Assembly: GCF_009914755.1 (NCBI RefSeq)
Contig: NC_060938.1
Direction: 5' to 3' (one strand)
DNA length: 64,000 bases
DNA from: the human T2T-CHM13v2.0 reference genome, Homo sapiens
The notes beneath the pieces are model-generated. The model ran no database searches, was not told the origin of the DNA, and saw nothing but the letters and a program-made list of their open reading frames with translations. Shown here in pieces: positions 48,938 through 62,960 of the stretch. The position numbers and the translations under genes are program-made. Numbering within the stretch: the first letter of the stretch is position 1; each line of letters begins with the position of its first letter.

Positions 48938-50643
48938 TAATATTGTACATATTTATGATACAAGCATGCAATTTGTATTGATCAAATCAGGGTATTTAGG
49001 ATATCCATCACCTCAAACATTTGTTTCTTTGTGTTAGGAACATTTCAAATGTTCTCTTCTAGCTATTTTGAAACATAAAATAAATCATTGTTAATTATAG
49101 TCATCCTACTGTGCTACTGAACACTAGAATGTATTCCTTCTCTCTAGCTGTGTGTTTGTACCCGATAACTAACCTGTCTTTATTCCCAATCCCACCCTTC
49201 CTAGACTCTGGTAACCATCCTTCTATTCTCTACCTCCACGAAATCAAATTTTCTAGCTTCCACATATGAATGAGAACATGGAGTACTTGTCTTTCTGTAC
49301 CTGGCTTATTTCACTTAACATAATGACCTCCAGTTCCATCCATATTGCCACAAATGACAAGATTTCATTTTTTATGGCTAAATAGTGTTCTGTTGTACAT
49401 ATATTCCACATTTTCTTTATCCGTTCATCCGTTGATGAATTCCTAAGTTGATTCTATATCTTAGCTACCATGAATAGTGCTGATAAAAATGGGATGCAGA
49501 TATCCCTTTGATATACTGATTTCCTTTCCATTAGCTACATACCCAGTAGTGGGATTGCTGGATTATATATATATGGTGGTTCCATTTTAAGTTTCTAAGA
49601 AGCCTCCATACATTTACCAAAATAGCTATACTAATTTACATTCCCATCAATAGTGTACAAGAGTTCCCTTTTCTCCATTTCCTTGCCAGCACGCTATTTT
49701 TTTCATAATAGACATTCTAACTGGGACGAGATATCTCACTGTGGTTTTGATTTGCATTTTCCTGATGATTAGAGAGATGCTGAGCATTTTTTCTTCTGTC
49801 TGTTGGCCATTCGTATGTCTTCTGTTGAGAATGTCCACTCAGAAGCTTAGCCAACTTTTAAATGGGATTATTTGTATTTTTGCTGTTGGTTGAGTTTGTT
49901 GTATATTCTGGATATTAGTCACCTGTTAGATGAATAGTTAGTGAATATTTTCTTCCATTCTACAGGTCATCTACTCATTCTATTGACTGTATCCTTTGCT
50001 GTGCCTAAGCTTTTTAGTTTGTCTACTTTTGTTTTTGTTGGCTGTGCTTTTGCAACCTTAGCCATAAAATCTTTGCTTAGACCAATGTCCTGAAGCATTT
50101 TCTCTATGTTTTCTTCTAGCGGTTTTATAGTTTCAGGTCTTATATTTAAGTCTTTAGTCCACTTTGAATTGACTTTCTATATGGTGAAAGATAGGAGTCT
50201 AGTTTCATTCCTCTGCATATGAATATCCAGTGTTCCAAAGCACCATTTATTGAAGAGGGTGTCCTTTCCCCAGTATATGCTCTTGGTACTTTTGTCACCA
50301 AGATACCATACTGTTTTGGTAACTACACCTTTGTATTATATTTTAGAGTCAGGTAGTGTGATGCCTCCAGCTTTGTTCTTTTTGCTCAGTACTGCTTTGA
50401 GTATTCAGGGTCTTTTGTGGTTCCATATGAATTTTAGAATTGATTTTTCTACTTCTGTGAAGAATGTCATTGGTATTTTGATAGAGATTGCATTGAATCT
50501 GTAGATTGCTTCATGTAGTATGGTCATTTTAATAATATTAATTATTTTAATCCATGAGCATGGGATGTTTTTCCATTTGTTTCTGTCCTTTTCAATTACT
50601 TTCAAAAGGGTTTTGTAATTTTCATTGTAAAGGGCTTTCACTT

Positions 50644-51314
50644 CGAGATCTGAGAGACCAAAATAAATGTCCCTTTGTCAACTAAGATGAATCCTAAGCT
50701 TAAGGATACAAAAGTTGCCTGTGGTCTGAGGGTTCACGGTTCAGCGTTCAGGGATCAGCTGGCATGGCAACTGTCTCAATTCCTACGGCTACAAGAAAAA
50801 ACACACCTTTGCTAAATTCTCTAACAATAGGCGTTATCAAACAAATTATCAGATTGCTTCCTAACTCTGATTTACAACCCAGGCCACTATAACTCTGATT
50901 GAAAAGAGAACTGGCTTTACAAATGCTCTTTCTTGATAAACAACTGTAGACTTTAGGGCAGCTTCAACCAGCTTATAGAGGCTGCATACAAACTGTCTTT
51001 GTGTCCTATTGTTCACCTTCTCATGTGAAGAGCCAAATTCCATCTCCTTTTACTGCTATAACCCCGCTCAAAAGTGATCAAGGGATGTATGTTAAATATG
51101 CTTACCCATTACACATGCACTCAACTTCCCTCACAAATATGTACAGCTGCCCCTCCAAACCTGCTGAATAATATGTCTATTTTGTGATACAGGCCCTGTG
51201 AGGCATAAAACCCAACCTGCCCTTTTCATCTTCAAAGGGAGGTTTGTAAACTGATATTGCCAATAAAGACCTCTTTTCTACTACTTAGCCTTTCTGGTGG
51301 TCTTTTGGATGACA
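50644..51314 (+). mobile_element. MER39-like ERV1 solo LTR
   Basis: Starts gagatctgagagaccaaaata; has cataaaa and AATAAA; ends tggtggtcttttggatgaca; 4-bp TSD ACTT/ACCT; the L1MA resumes on both sides. Confidence 0.8.
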
Positions 51315-51662
51315 ACCTCTTTGGTCAAATTTAGGTATTTTTTAAATTTATTTTTGTAGCTATTGTAAATGCGTTTGCTTTCCTGATTTCCTTTTTTGGC
51401 TACTTTGTTACTGGTATGTAAATATGCTATTGATTTTCGTATGTTCATTTTGTATCCTGCAACTTTAATGAATTTATTGGTTCTAAGAGTTTCTGATAGA
51501 GTCCTAAGGTTTGTCTATATATAAGATCACGTCATCTGCAAAGAGGGACAATTTGACTTCCTCCTTTCCAATTTGGATGCTCTTTATTTCTTTTTCTTGA
51601 CTGATTGTTCCGAATAAGACTTCCAGTACTGTCTTGAAAAGGAGTAGTGAAAGTGGGCATCC

Positions 51663-51926
51663 CCATGGACACAGGAAGGGGAACATCACACTCTGGGGAC
51701 TGTTGTGGGGTGGGGGGAAGGGGGAGGGATAGCTTTAGGAGATATACCTAATGCTAAATGATGAGTTAATGGGTGCAGCACACCAGCATGGCACATGTAT
51801 ACGTATGTAACTAACCTTCACATTGTGCACATGTACCCTAAAACTTAAAGTATAATCATAATAAAATAAAATAAATAAATAAATAAATAAATAAAAGTTT
51901 GGTGGGGCTGTCAAAAAAAAAAAAAG
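51663..51926 (+). mobile_element. 5'-truncated L1PA3-like insert with a short 3' transduction
   Basis: 3'UTR with atgctaaatga, caccagcatgg, aactaacc and cctaaaac; perfect 14-bp TSD GAAAGTGGGCATCC at 51649-51662 and 51927-51940. Confidence 0.92.
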
Positions 51927-54807
51927 GAAAGTGGGCATCCTTATCTTGTTCCAGTTCTTAAGAGTAAAGGCTTTCAGTTTTTCCCCATTTAGTATCATGT
52001 TAGTCACATGTGTTTGTCATATTTGTTCTTTATTATGTTGAGGTTTGTTCCTCTATACCTAATTTGTTCAGAGTTTTCAACATGAAGGGATGTGAAACTT
52101 TATCAAATGCACTTTTTCTGGATCTATTGAGATGATTGCATAATTTTTGTCCATTCTGTTGATGTGATGTATCACATTTATTGATTTATGTATGTTGAAC
52201 CATCCTGGCATCCCTGGGACAAATCCCACTTTGTCATGGAAGATTATCTTATTGATGTGCTGTTGGATTAATTTTCATAATATTTTGTTGAGGTTTTTGC
52301 ACATATGTTCATCAGGAATATGGCTTACAATTTTCTTTTTTTGTTGTTTCCTTGTCTGGTTTTGGTGTCGAGGGAATGCTGATATTTTAGACTGGGTTAG
52401 GAAGAATTCCCTTCTCTTCAATTTTTTGGAACAGTTTGAGAAGAGTTGGTGTTAGTTCTTCTTTATAAGTTTGGTATACTTCAGCAGTAAAGCCATCAGG
52501 TACTGAGCTTTTCTTTGGTTGGAGACTTTTTGTTACTGATTCAATCTCATTTCTTGCTAATGGTCTGTTCAGGTTTCCTATTTCTTCTGGTTCAATCTTG
52601 ATAGGCTGTGTGTGTCCAAGAATTTGCCTGTTTCCTACAGGTTTTCCAATTTATTAGCACGTAGTGGTTCATAATAGTCTCCAATGATCCTTTGTATTTC
52701 TGTGGTATCAGCTGTAATGTTCCTTTTTTGTTTCTAATTTTATTTATTTGGGTTTTCTCTCTTGTTCTCACGGTTAGCGTAACTAGTGATTTATTGATCT
52801 TTGTTTATCTTTTCAAAAAAAAGCTTTTCTTTTTGTTGATTCTTGTTTTTTAGTGTCTATTTTGTTTAGTTCTGCTCTGATCTTTATTTCTTTCCTTCAA
52901 CTAATTTTGGATTTGTTTTTTTCTTGCTTATCTAGTTCCTTGAGCTGCATCACTAGGTTGTTTATTTGAAACTTTTTACTTTTTCGATTTAGGCATTTAT
53001 TGCTATAAATCTCCCTCTTGGCAGTGCTCTGGCTATATTCCATATGCTTAGTAAGTTGTTCTTCAATTTTCATTTGTTCCGAGACGTTTTTAAATTTCCT
53101 TCTTTATTTCTTCATTGACTCACTGGTCATATAGGAGAGTGCTATTTAATTCCCATGTATTTGTATAGTTTCCAAAGTGCCTCTTGGTATTGATTTCTAG
53201 TTGTGTTCCACTGTGGTCTGAGAAGGTACTTGATATAATTTGTTCAGTGTTTTTTTTTTTTTTTTTTTTTTGAGGCCTAATATATGGTCTTTCCTAGAGA
53301 ATATTCCATGTGCTGATGAGAAGATGTGTATTCTTCAGCTACTGGATGAAATATTATGTAAATATCTGTTAGATCCGTTTGGTTTATATATAGTGCAGAT
53401 TAAGTCCAATGTTACTTTGCTGATTTTCACTCTAGATGATCTTTCCAGTGCTAACAGTGAGATGCTGAAGTCCCTAGCTAGTACTGTATTGGAGTCTATC
53501 TGTTTAGCTCTAATAATATTTGCTCTATATATCTGGATTCTCCAGTGCTGAGTGCATTTATATTTACAACTGTTATACCCTCACGCAGAATTGATCCTCT
53601 TATCATTATATAATGGCTTTCTTTATCTCTTTTTATATATTTTTAACTTAAAGGCTATTTGGTATAATATTATTATAGCTACTCTTGCACACTTTTGATT
53701 TCTGTTTGGGTGAAATATTTTTTTCCATGCCTTCACTTTCATTTTATGTGTGTCTACAGTTTCTCATAGGTGAAGAAAGCTTCTTGCAGGCAGCTTATAG
53801 TTAGGTCTTTTTAAAAATTCATTCAGCCAGTCTGTATCTTTTAATTGGGGAATTTAAACTGTTTACATTCAAGGTTGCTATTGATAGATGAGTTTCTGTC
53901 ATTTTGTTAACTGTTTTCTGTTTGTTTTGTATTTGCTTCATTCCTTTATTCCTCTTTCATTGTTTATCTTTACAAATTGGTGGGCTTTTTGTTGTGATAA
54001 CATTTGGCTCCTTTCTCTTTCTCATTTGTGTATCTGCAATACCAGTGAGTTGTATACTTTCATATGTTTTCATGTGGTAGATATCATCCTTTTGCTTCCA
54101 GATATAGGACTACCTTAGTATTTCTTGCAGAGCTGGTCTAACGGTGATGAATTCCCTCAGTTTTTGCTTGTCTGAAAAATAATTTATTTCTCCTATATTT
54201 TTGAAGGAGAGTTTTTATGCTTATCATGTTCTTAGCTGTCATTGTTTTTTCTTTCAATACTTTGAGTATAGTATCTCATTCTCTTTCACTTGTAAGGTTT
54301 CTGCTGAGAAATCCACTATTACTCTGATGGGGATTCCCTTACAGATGACTTGACACTTTTCTATTGCTGTTTTTAGAATTCTCTCTTTGTCTGTGACTTT
54401 TGACCGATTAACTATAATGTGCCTTGGAGAAGACCTTTTGGAATTGAATCAGTTTGGAGATTTTTGACCTTCCTTATCTGAGTATCTATATCTCTTGCAA
54501 GACTTGGGAATTTTTAACTGCTATTTTGTTAAATAGGTTTTCTATGCATTTGGCCATATCTTCTCCTTCTGGAACTAAAATTTGAGTATTTAGTTGGTTT
54601 ATGGTGCCCAATATATTATGTAGGCTTTCTTTATTCTTCTTTTTTCTTTTCTTAATTGTGGCTTTGTTATTTCAAAAGACCTGTCTTCCAATTCAGAAAT
54701 TAGTTTTTCTGCTTCATCTAGTCTATTGTTGAAGCTCTGAACTATATTTTTATTCTCCTCTTTTGATTTCTTCACTTCCAGGATTTCTGTTTGCTTCTTT
54801 CTTATGA

Positions 54808-55219
<412 letters not shown>

Positions 55220-56019
55220 TCACTGAGTTTCTTTGATATCGTTACTTGGAATTATCTTTTAGGCATTTCATAGATTTCCTTTTTTGGGGTATCTGTTATG
55301 GAAAAATTATTGTGAACCTTTGGAGGTGTCACGTTTCCTTGCTTTTTCATTTTTCTGTGCCCTTATCTTGATATCTGCATATCTAATGTAACATTCACTT
55401 CTTCCAATTTTATGGATGGCTTTTTGGGGGAAGACTTTTTCCTACAGATATAGCTATAGTGCTGGTTGGGTTGAGTGCTTAGGCTTTGATTCTGGGTGGC
55501 TGTGTTGGTATAGTGTGTTTATAATTTCTTTGACTCTATCAGCATTAGTGGTGTCTGTGAGTTCCTCAGTGGCTTGGGCTGTCGTGAGACTGCTGGTAGT
55601 GGGCTTGGCAGGCTGGTATCCAGGCACCTAGGTGGTGCCTATAAGTGAATGCCAATGGTGGCAGGCTGGGCAGGCCAGTCTCTGGGTGCCCAGGAGGCAC
55701 ATGAGCACCAGTGCACATGGGCCCATCTTTACACCCCTAGACACCATGCATGTATATCAGTGGCAGCAAGAAGGGTGGGTATATTGTCAGGCCCCCGGAC
55801 AGGAAGTGCAGCCAGTAGTGCCAGTGAGTAAGGTGTGTCAATTCCCAGGCACCCAAATGACACATGAGTGTCAGCCATGGCAGGTGAGGTGGACCTGTCT
55901 TCAGGCTCCCTGATAGTGTATGCAGACACAAGTGATAGCAAGCCAGGTGGATCAATCCCCAGGCCCTTGGATAACACATTTTCACTGTTTATTTCATAAT
56001 AAAGATGCAAACTAGTTAG

Positions 56020-56369
<350 letters not shown>

Positions 56370-56774
56370 TAGATTTCATCATTCCAGCTAAAAAAAAGAT
56401 TCATAATTTATTCAATAACATAGTGATCATGTGCCATAAATACTGCCAGTTATTTAGTTTTGCTTTTTGAATAAAGAAAGAGTTGATCCCTCTTATTGAT
56501 ATAAGCATTAATCAATTGACTGAGTTTAACAATCCCTGGAATTAGCCAGCCCCACGGGATTTTTTAATTTGGCTTAACCTATCTACAACATCATGATTTC
56601 CCAATGTCTATGCTAGTTTTTAATCTCATTGCTCATATTTCTGTAAAGTTTTCTTCAATTTTTAAGCTTATAATGATCTCTAAACTATACATCCTTCTAA
56701 AGAACTTGGAATCACTGTTTCACAGGGCCTTTCTTGCCCATACCATAAAACTATTAGATTATGACGATATTTTA

Positions 56775-56980
56775 TTCATTCACTCACAGAACAAACAGTA
56801 GTAAGCTTTAACTATACACAAAGCCCGGTGAACAACAACAAAAAAGTTAGTCTTGCATTTTAAAGAGTAGATCTTAATCTACTAATTATGTAATTCATTA
56901 CATGATTATGATAGTCATAAGTGTTACAGAGGTGTACAGGATGCTGTGAGACCATGTAAAATGAAGTTCTAACATAGCTC
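56775..56980 (-). mobile_element. L2 3' fragment
   Basis: ttattcattcactcacagaacaaaca...ataagtgttacagagg...tgctgtgagacca. Confidence 0.5.
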
Positions 56981-57339
56981 CTCTTCAGTCTAGGTGACCT
57001 CAGTGAGCCCTAGCCTTACCAGTCACTTATAGAATCCATGGTCTGCTATTGTATTCACTCACATGTGTGGAAAACCAGGTGACTAAAAGACAGTAGGGGA
57101 AACTTCAACAAATACATACACAAAATAAATATGAACCAGTGTATAAACCAATCTTTAAATATACACAGAGATTTTCCCATCTAAAGAGAAAACTATTGTT
57201 TGACCATTTTTTCCTTGTAGGGAAAGTGAAACTGTCTCTGATTTTCCCTCTACCTCATCATTTTATCATTTCCACGTAATAACATGCATTACAATTCCCA
57301 AGCAACATGATAGGTGCTTTCATATGTGTTACCTTAATT

Positions 57340-58078
57340 ATTTAAACTACTTAACCAAGGTAAAGTTGACATAAAGTACACATATTTAAAGTAGGCAATT
57401 TGATAAACTTTGTCATATCAATGTAACACTGAAATTACCAGATAATGAACATATCCTTCATCCCAAGGAAACAAATGCATCACCTCTCATATTCCTCCGT
57501 ACTCTCTCCCTTAGCTGTTTCCTACCCGTCAATTCCAGACAACCACTGATCTGCTTTTCCTCACCATAGATTAAACTGCACTTTCTAGAATTTTCTAAAA
57601 ATATTATGTACTCTTTTTATGTGTAATGTCTTTCACTCAGCATAATTATTTTCAGATTCACCCATGTTGTAGCACATATCAGTATTTCATCCCTTGTTAT
57701 TGCCAAATAATATCCTATTGTATGGATATGCCACAATTTGTGCATCCATCTGTTGATGCACATGTCAGTTATTTTCAGTTTTAAGTTATTCCAAATAAAG
57801 CTATTATAGACATTTGTATATAATTCATAGTATAGATAGATATACCACACCAAGGTATGGTAAATTTCTCTTAAGTAAGTACATACTCAGGATTGGAATA
57901 GCTGGAATATATGACAGGTATTTGTTTAATATTTCTTAAAAGTTGCCGAACTGTTTTCCAAAGTGATTGTGGTATTGTATGTTCTCACCAGCAGTGTATG
58001 AAACTTCCAGTTCCTTCAGATACTCACCAACATTGGGTACAGTAAATCATTTTAATTTTAGCTATTTTTCAGGTGTAC
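57340..58078 (-). mobile_element. L1MC/L1MD-type 3' end
   Basis: cagacaaccactgatctgctttt, ctttcactcagcataattattttcagattcaccca, ctcaccagcagtgtatga. Confidence 0.8.
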
Positions 58079-60289
58079 TTAATTGATTTCTCACTCTATA
58101 AAAATGACATATAATCCCATGTGATAGATCAACAAAACTGAAGCTCTGCCAGCATTTTCCCTCCAATGCAATAAATTACTAAAAGTTCCTTCAAAGTACA
58201 CAAAATCGTGTTCTAATATAAAAATATGAAACTTAAAGTCAAAATTATTATGTTAGCTAATATATAATTGAACTTCCTTTCTATAGATTTATGTCACAGT
58301 AAAATTAGCACACAAGTTAGTTTTAATCTCAAGAACAGACTAGAATATGAAATTGTGTTAAAATGAAATATCTTATGTAAGGTCAGAAGGTCCAAATTTT
58401 AATACTATAATTCTGTAGATGTAGGGAGGATGAGATACTGCTTTGGTGTTATTATCAAACATTAGTTAACACTGTGAACATTTCACATATCAACTTGTCT
58501 CAAATGTTGTTACAAATATTTATAGAGAATAATTGTATTCACTATTTAAAGTTTCGAAGACCAAAGCTTGGCACAATTTGTGCTTGTGAAATTCCACCCT
58601 GGATGCTAAAATTTGGTGACCATTATAAATAAGTCAACAAAAGTGGGAAGGAAATAATTTTGTATCTCAGTGACAGCGGCAGTCAGGAAAATTTCTAAAA
58701 TGTCTTAAGTGCCAAGACATGGCATTGTTGAAAAACTCAGGCAAAAAGACAAGTTTCATTGTCTATATGGAAACTTGCAACTCACAAATACCTGGGCATA
58801 GCAATACTTGTGAAGAAAGTAAGTAACATTATGGAAACTAGACGGAAAAAATAATTCAAATTGACTTAGCAAGATTTTAGTAAAATAACCAGTGTTAAAG
58901 TGCTGCCAATTTGAGGCCATTGCTTTAAAAAGCCAAACATTCCCCTAATGTTTGCTGGATCAAAGGGATGTGATCACAAAATAAAATGCATTCAAAAGCA
59001 TACATGGAAATGTAATGGCAAAATAGAGATAGCTACAAATAAGATTATTTTTGGAAAAAACTTCACACTCTATCATGAAAAAATGACAATCTGCAGATTA
59101 TTAGTGCTGCCAAAATTGGAGAAAGTTCTTGTGGTTAAAATAAAAGCAAAATATGCATAAATATACAAGGGTAACAAAAGCCTATTTTTTGCTTGTAGGA
59201 GCACTATAATTTTATTGAAATGGTAGGTGTTTCTAAAGAATAGAGAATGCAATCGCACTTAAAAAGACATCCATTTCTATATCTCATATATAGTAGTCAT
59301 CTTTAAGCTGTTGACAAAAAAAAAATGTCCACAGGAAAAAACAAAAAGAGCAAATTTTTCAAAAAACATCCAAACTATAATAACCAAAGAAACACTTCAT
59401 CTGTTCCCTGTTCTTCCTTCAGATAAATTTGAGATACATTCTTCTTAAAGAAAACAAAAGCCACTAACGAGAATTGATTTGTTCTAAGATACTGTGCGCT
59501 CTAAATCCCAAATTCTGTAAAGAATATCACAGCTATCTTTTCCATGTGTGTTCTGTGGGAAGAGGTATAAACACTATTTGGCTTGCACAATTTGGTTTCT
59601 TACATTGAAATGGGAGCAATGTTCAAAATAATCATGTGCATGAACAGTGAGTATTTCTTATTCAAATAGGAAGAGATGAGCGCAAGTTTTTTTTTTAAAG
59701 CTTTTATAAAATGAAGCTAGTCTCCAAAACTCTTCTACATAACTCCATTGAATAAACAGTGGATTTTAAAGGCTTCACAGCTGCTGTTTACCCACAGAAA
59801 AGGAAATACACAATTTGTTAATTAGATTTTTTTTTCTTAAACATATACTATTATTTTTATTCCATGTACAGGTGTGTCTTTGCACTAATGGTAAAATTAA
59901 GGAGAGAAAATGGAAGCAAGCTAGGGTAGTACCTTTTCTGAACATAGCAATTCATGAGCTGTGTTCTGAATTTACTAAGATCCAATGTTTCCTCTAACAC
60001 AAGCAGATCTTTACTGTGGCCGTTTTAAATCAAGCGTATTAGCCGTGTGCAAGTCTCTGCTGTGCACAATGATTAAGTTTGTTTCACTGCCATAGAATGT
60101 AGATTTATTATTAGGTATTTTAAGTTCAAATCTCACCTATAATTTTAGATTACAATGCTGATTCTATAAAAGGAGGCTCAGAATTTTTAAGTTATTTTAG
60201 ACTATTTTTGAGTTTTTATTTTATTCATACAAAACAAGGGCCATGATTTATAATGCACATTAGAGTATTTAGCAGAATATACTTTATTA

Positions 60290-61100
60290 TATAAATTATT
60301 ATATTCTTTTTAAAGTATAAAATATGCAATAATTATTATGAATATACATGTAAATTCGTGAAGTAAACAAACACAAATAGAAATATAAAGTACTCCTGCC
60401 CCTAAATATCATCTATAAATTATCAAGGTTTTTTTTGAGGGGGTGGCAATTCCTTTCATTCCCCTTCCACATACACACTCTTTGAAATTTACAATAATTG
60501 TGTAAATAAAATGTTGTACAGTGATTTACTTATTTATTTAAAACATAGATTTTCATCAGGCTATACTGTACATTCCTAATGAATATAAACAATTTACAAA
60601 GCGTACTGAGTTTCTATCTGACTTCTTGATGGAATACATATTTGAAAGGCAAAGAGCTCACACACACAGGCTCATTCTCTCTCTCTCTCCCCTCTGCCCC
60701 TTCTCATTCTTCCCTTCCCTCCCCTCTTATAATCCTCCCCCGTGCTCCCTATGTATATGTATCAGTCTGTCTGGTGACTAAGTCTTCGCTGCTGTATTTT
60801 ATTTTGAATTGTTTTCTTGAGGAAGTCTCAAAAATAGAAGCCAAAAGATAGAATCAAAGGTATGATCACAGTTGTAACCCTCCCAATATTGATAAATTCT
60901 TCTAATTTATACTAGCAGCAATGTGTGAGTTCATAAACATCCCTACAGACTCACTAAAAATCAGATTTATGCTTTTTAGTGATTTAATAATTTAGTAGAT
61001 GGACAGCAGTACACACCCTGGTTTTAATTTACATTTCTATAATATTACTAAGTTGAACATTTTTCCTTTCAAAATTACTTTTCGTGTTTTCATTTATACC
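60290..61100 (-). mobile_element. L1ME relic
   Basis: aatttatactagcagcaatgtgtgagt, ggttttaatttacatttct, aagttgaacatttt. Confidence 0.5.
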
Positions 61101-62489
61101 AGCATTTGTTTTCATTCTCTGAATATCTGTCCTTTGAATATTACTCTTAAACATTTTCATTCATTGTCTAAATGACATCAGTATCAATTTTCTAGTCACT
61201 AAATGGATCAATAGTTCATCAAACTATTATATTTATTGAGATGCTAAATACAGAGAAATCAAGAAAATGTCACATCTAAGCCCCATTGCTTTTGTCTCTT
61301 TTTATATATTTGAAATATATATTTATTTATATACACCTATTTAATTACATTCAATCTCTTTTATATACTAAATGTCATCCTGTCATTGAATCTAAAGAGC
61401 TATAGGGAAAGTTTATCTTCCTCTGTATTCTTACCTCAATTTTGCAAGAATGTGTTTTAAATAATTCATGTTCCCATTATATGCTCACCTAATTTTCACA
61501 TAATAAACACTATTTAACATTTATGAAAGCTCTAATTAAACATTGTCTTTTCTTCAATATGAGTAGTATTATTGTAACTTAGAGGATGAGTAAACATTTT
61601 GGTGACTCTTAAGGTTGAAATGAATCAGTCTGAAATTGCTTTCAAATCAGAGTTCTTTTCTACTGTAAAATTGTAGCAAAATTGACCAACTAAGAAATAA
61701 TGATAAATACAACAATGTGCAATATTCCCCAATTCCAGATATTAAAACAATCATGTAAGACTTAGAATGCAAAATGTTCTGGAATGCTCATCATTACAAA
61801 TTTTTTGGACATTTTCATGCCCAAAAATATAAGAAATAGTCCGTGGACTATGCATTTTAGTTATAATTCAACTTTCAATGTGTTTAAGCAGTGCAGTTGA
61901 CTGCCTATTGGTAGATAGGCAAAAAGGACAAAGTTTACAAAGGAAGGTAAGCAAAATAAACATAATTTACTAAGATCACTTTAAATGTATCAGCTGGTCA
62001 TATTAATATATGTATTTCTTCTTTAGTTATAAATGCTATACTCTTCTTTCATCTATTGATATATAAATAACAGTGATACACATATTTGTAACACTCTTCT
62101 AAACAAGCAAATGATTTATCTCACTAAATGACATCTCCCATTGGATTACATGGTACATTGTGTTGGCATGAATTACTTTGTTAGGTATATAACCTTAAAT
62201 ATGAAATAGCAATCAACAAGTATGCATAAAAATTATGTAAATATGCATGATGCAGTTTCCTGAATGGAGTGATTCTAGTTTCTCTATCTTATTTTGTCTA
62301 TCTTAAGTTAAACTCCCTAACTCTGGAATTTGGAAATTGGTACGAATGTTTAATCATAACAATATCAAAATTTCAAAATTATCACTTTATTGATTCTTTT
62401 TTGTTTCTGGTGGAAGATGCAAAACTTGTCTATTAAAATTTTTGATGTAGACCTAAAAATTCCTATAGTTCCTGAAATAGGAAAATTGA

Positions 62490-62960
62490 TTGTTTTGAAG
62501 AAATGTCTGGAGTAATGACATTAAGTTGGTAGTCATCAGTCTATAAATCATATTTAATGTCATGAGACTGAATGAGATCCCCAACAATAACTGCAAATAG
62601 ATAAGCAGACTAAGTGCTCATCTTTCAGGGATTCCAAAATTAAAAGGTCTGAAAAATGTGGAGGAACAAGTGAGTCACAGGCCTCTAGGAAGATACATGT
62701 CTCTAATGCTCTGGATAGGTCAAGTAAGATGAGGGCCAAACACTAACCTACTGATATAGTAACTTAAAGGTCACTGTTGAACCTGACCAGAGTTCTAGGG
62801 GAATGGTGAGGACAAGAGTCTGATTTAAGTATGTTTAGGAGTTAATTAAAGGAGAATTAGAGACAACAAGTGTAGACATGTTGAGTTGCACTGCAAAGGG
62901 AAATGAAGAATGGCACAGAAGCTAGAAGGGCAAGGGAGGTTAACAGGTGTAAGAGTTTTT
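62490..62960 (-). mobile_element. L2 fragment
   Basis: gtcatcagtctataaatcatattta...catgagactgaatgagatc; ggtcaagtaagatgagg; aagtgtagaca. Confidence 0.65.
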
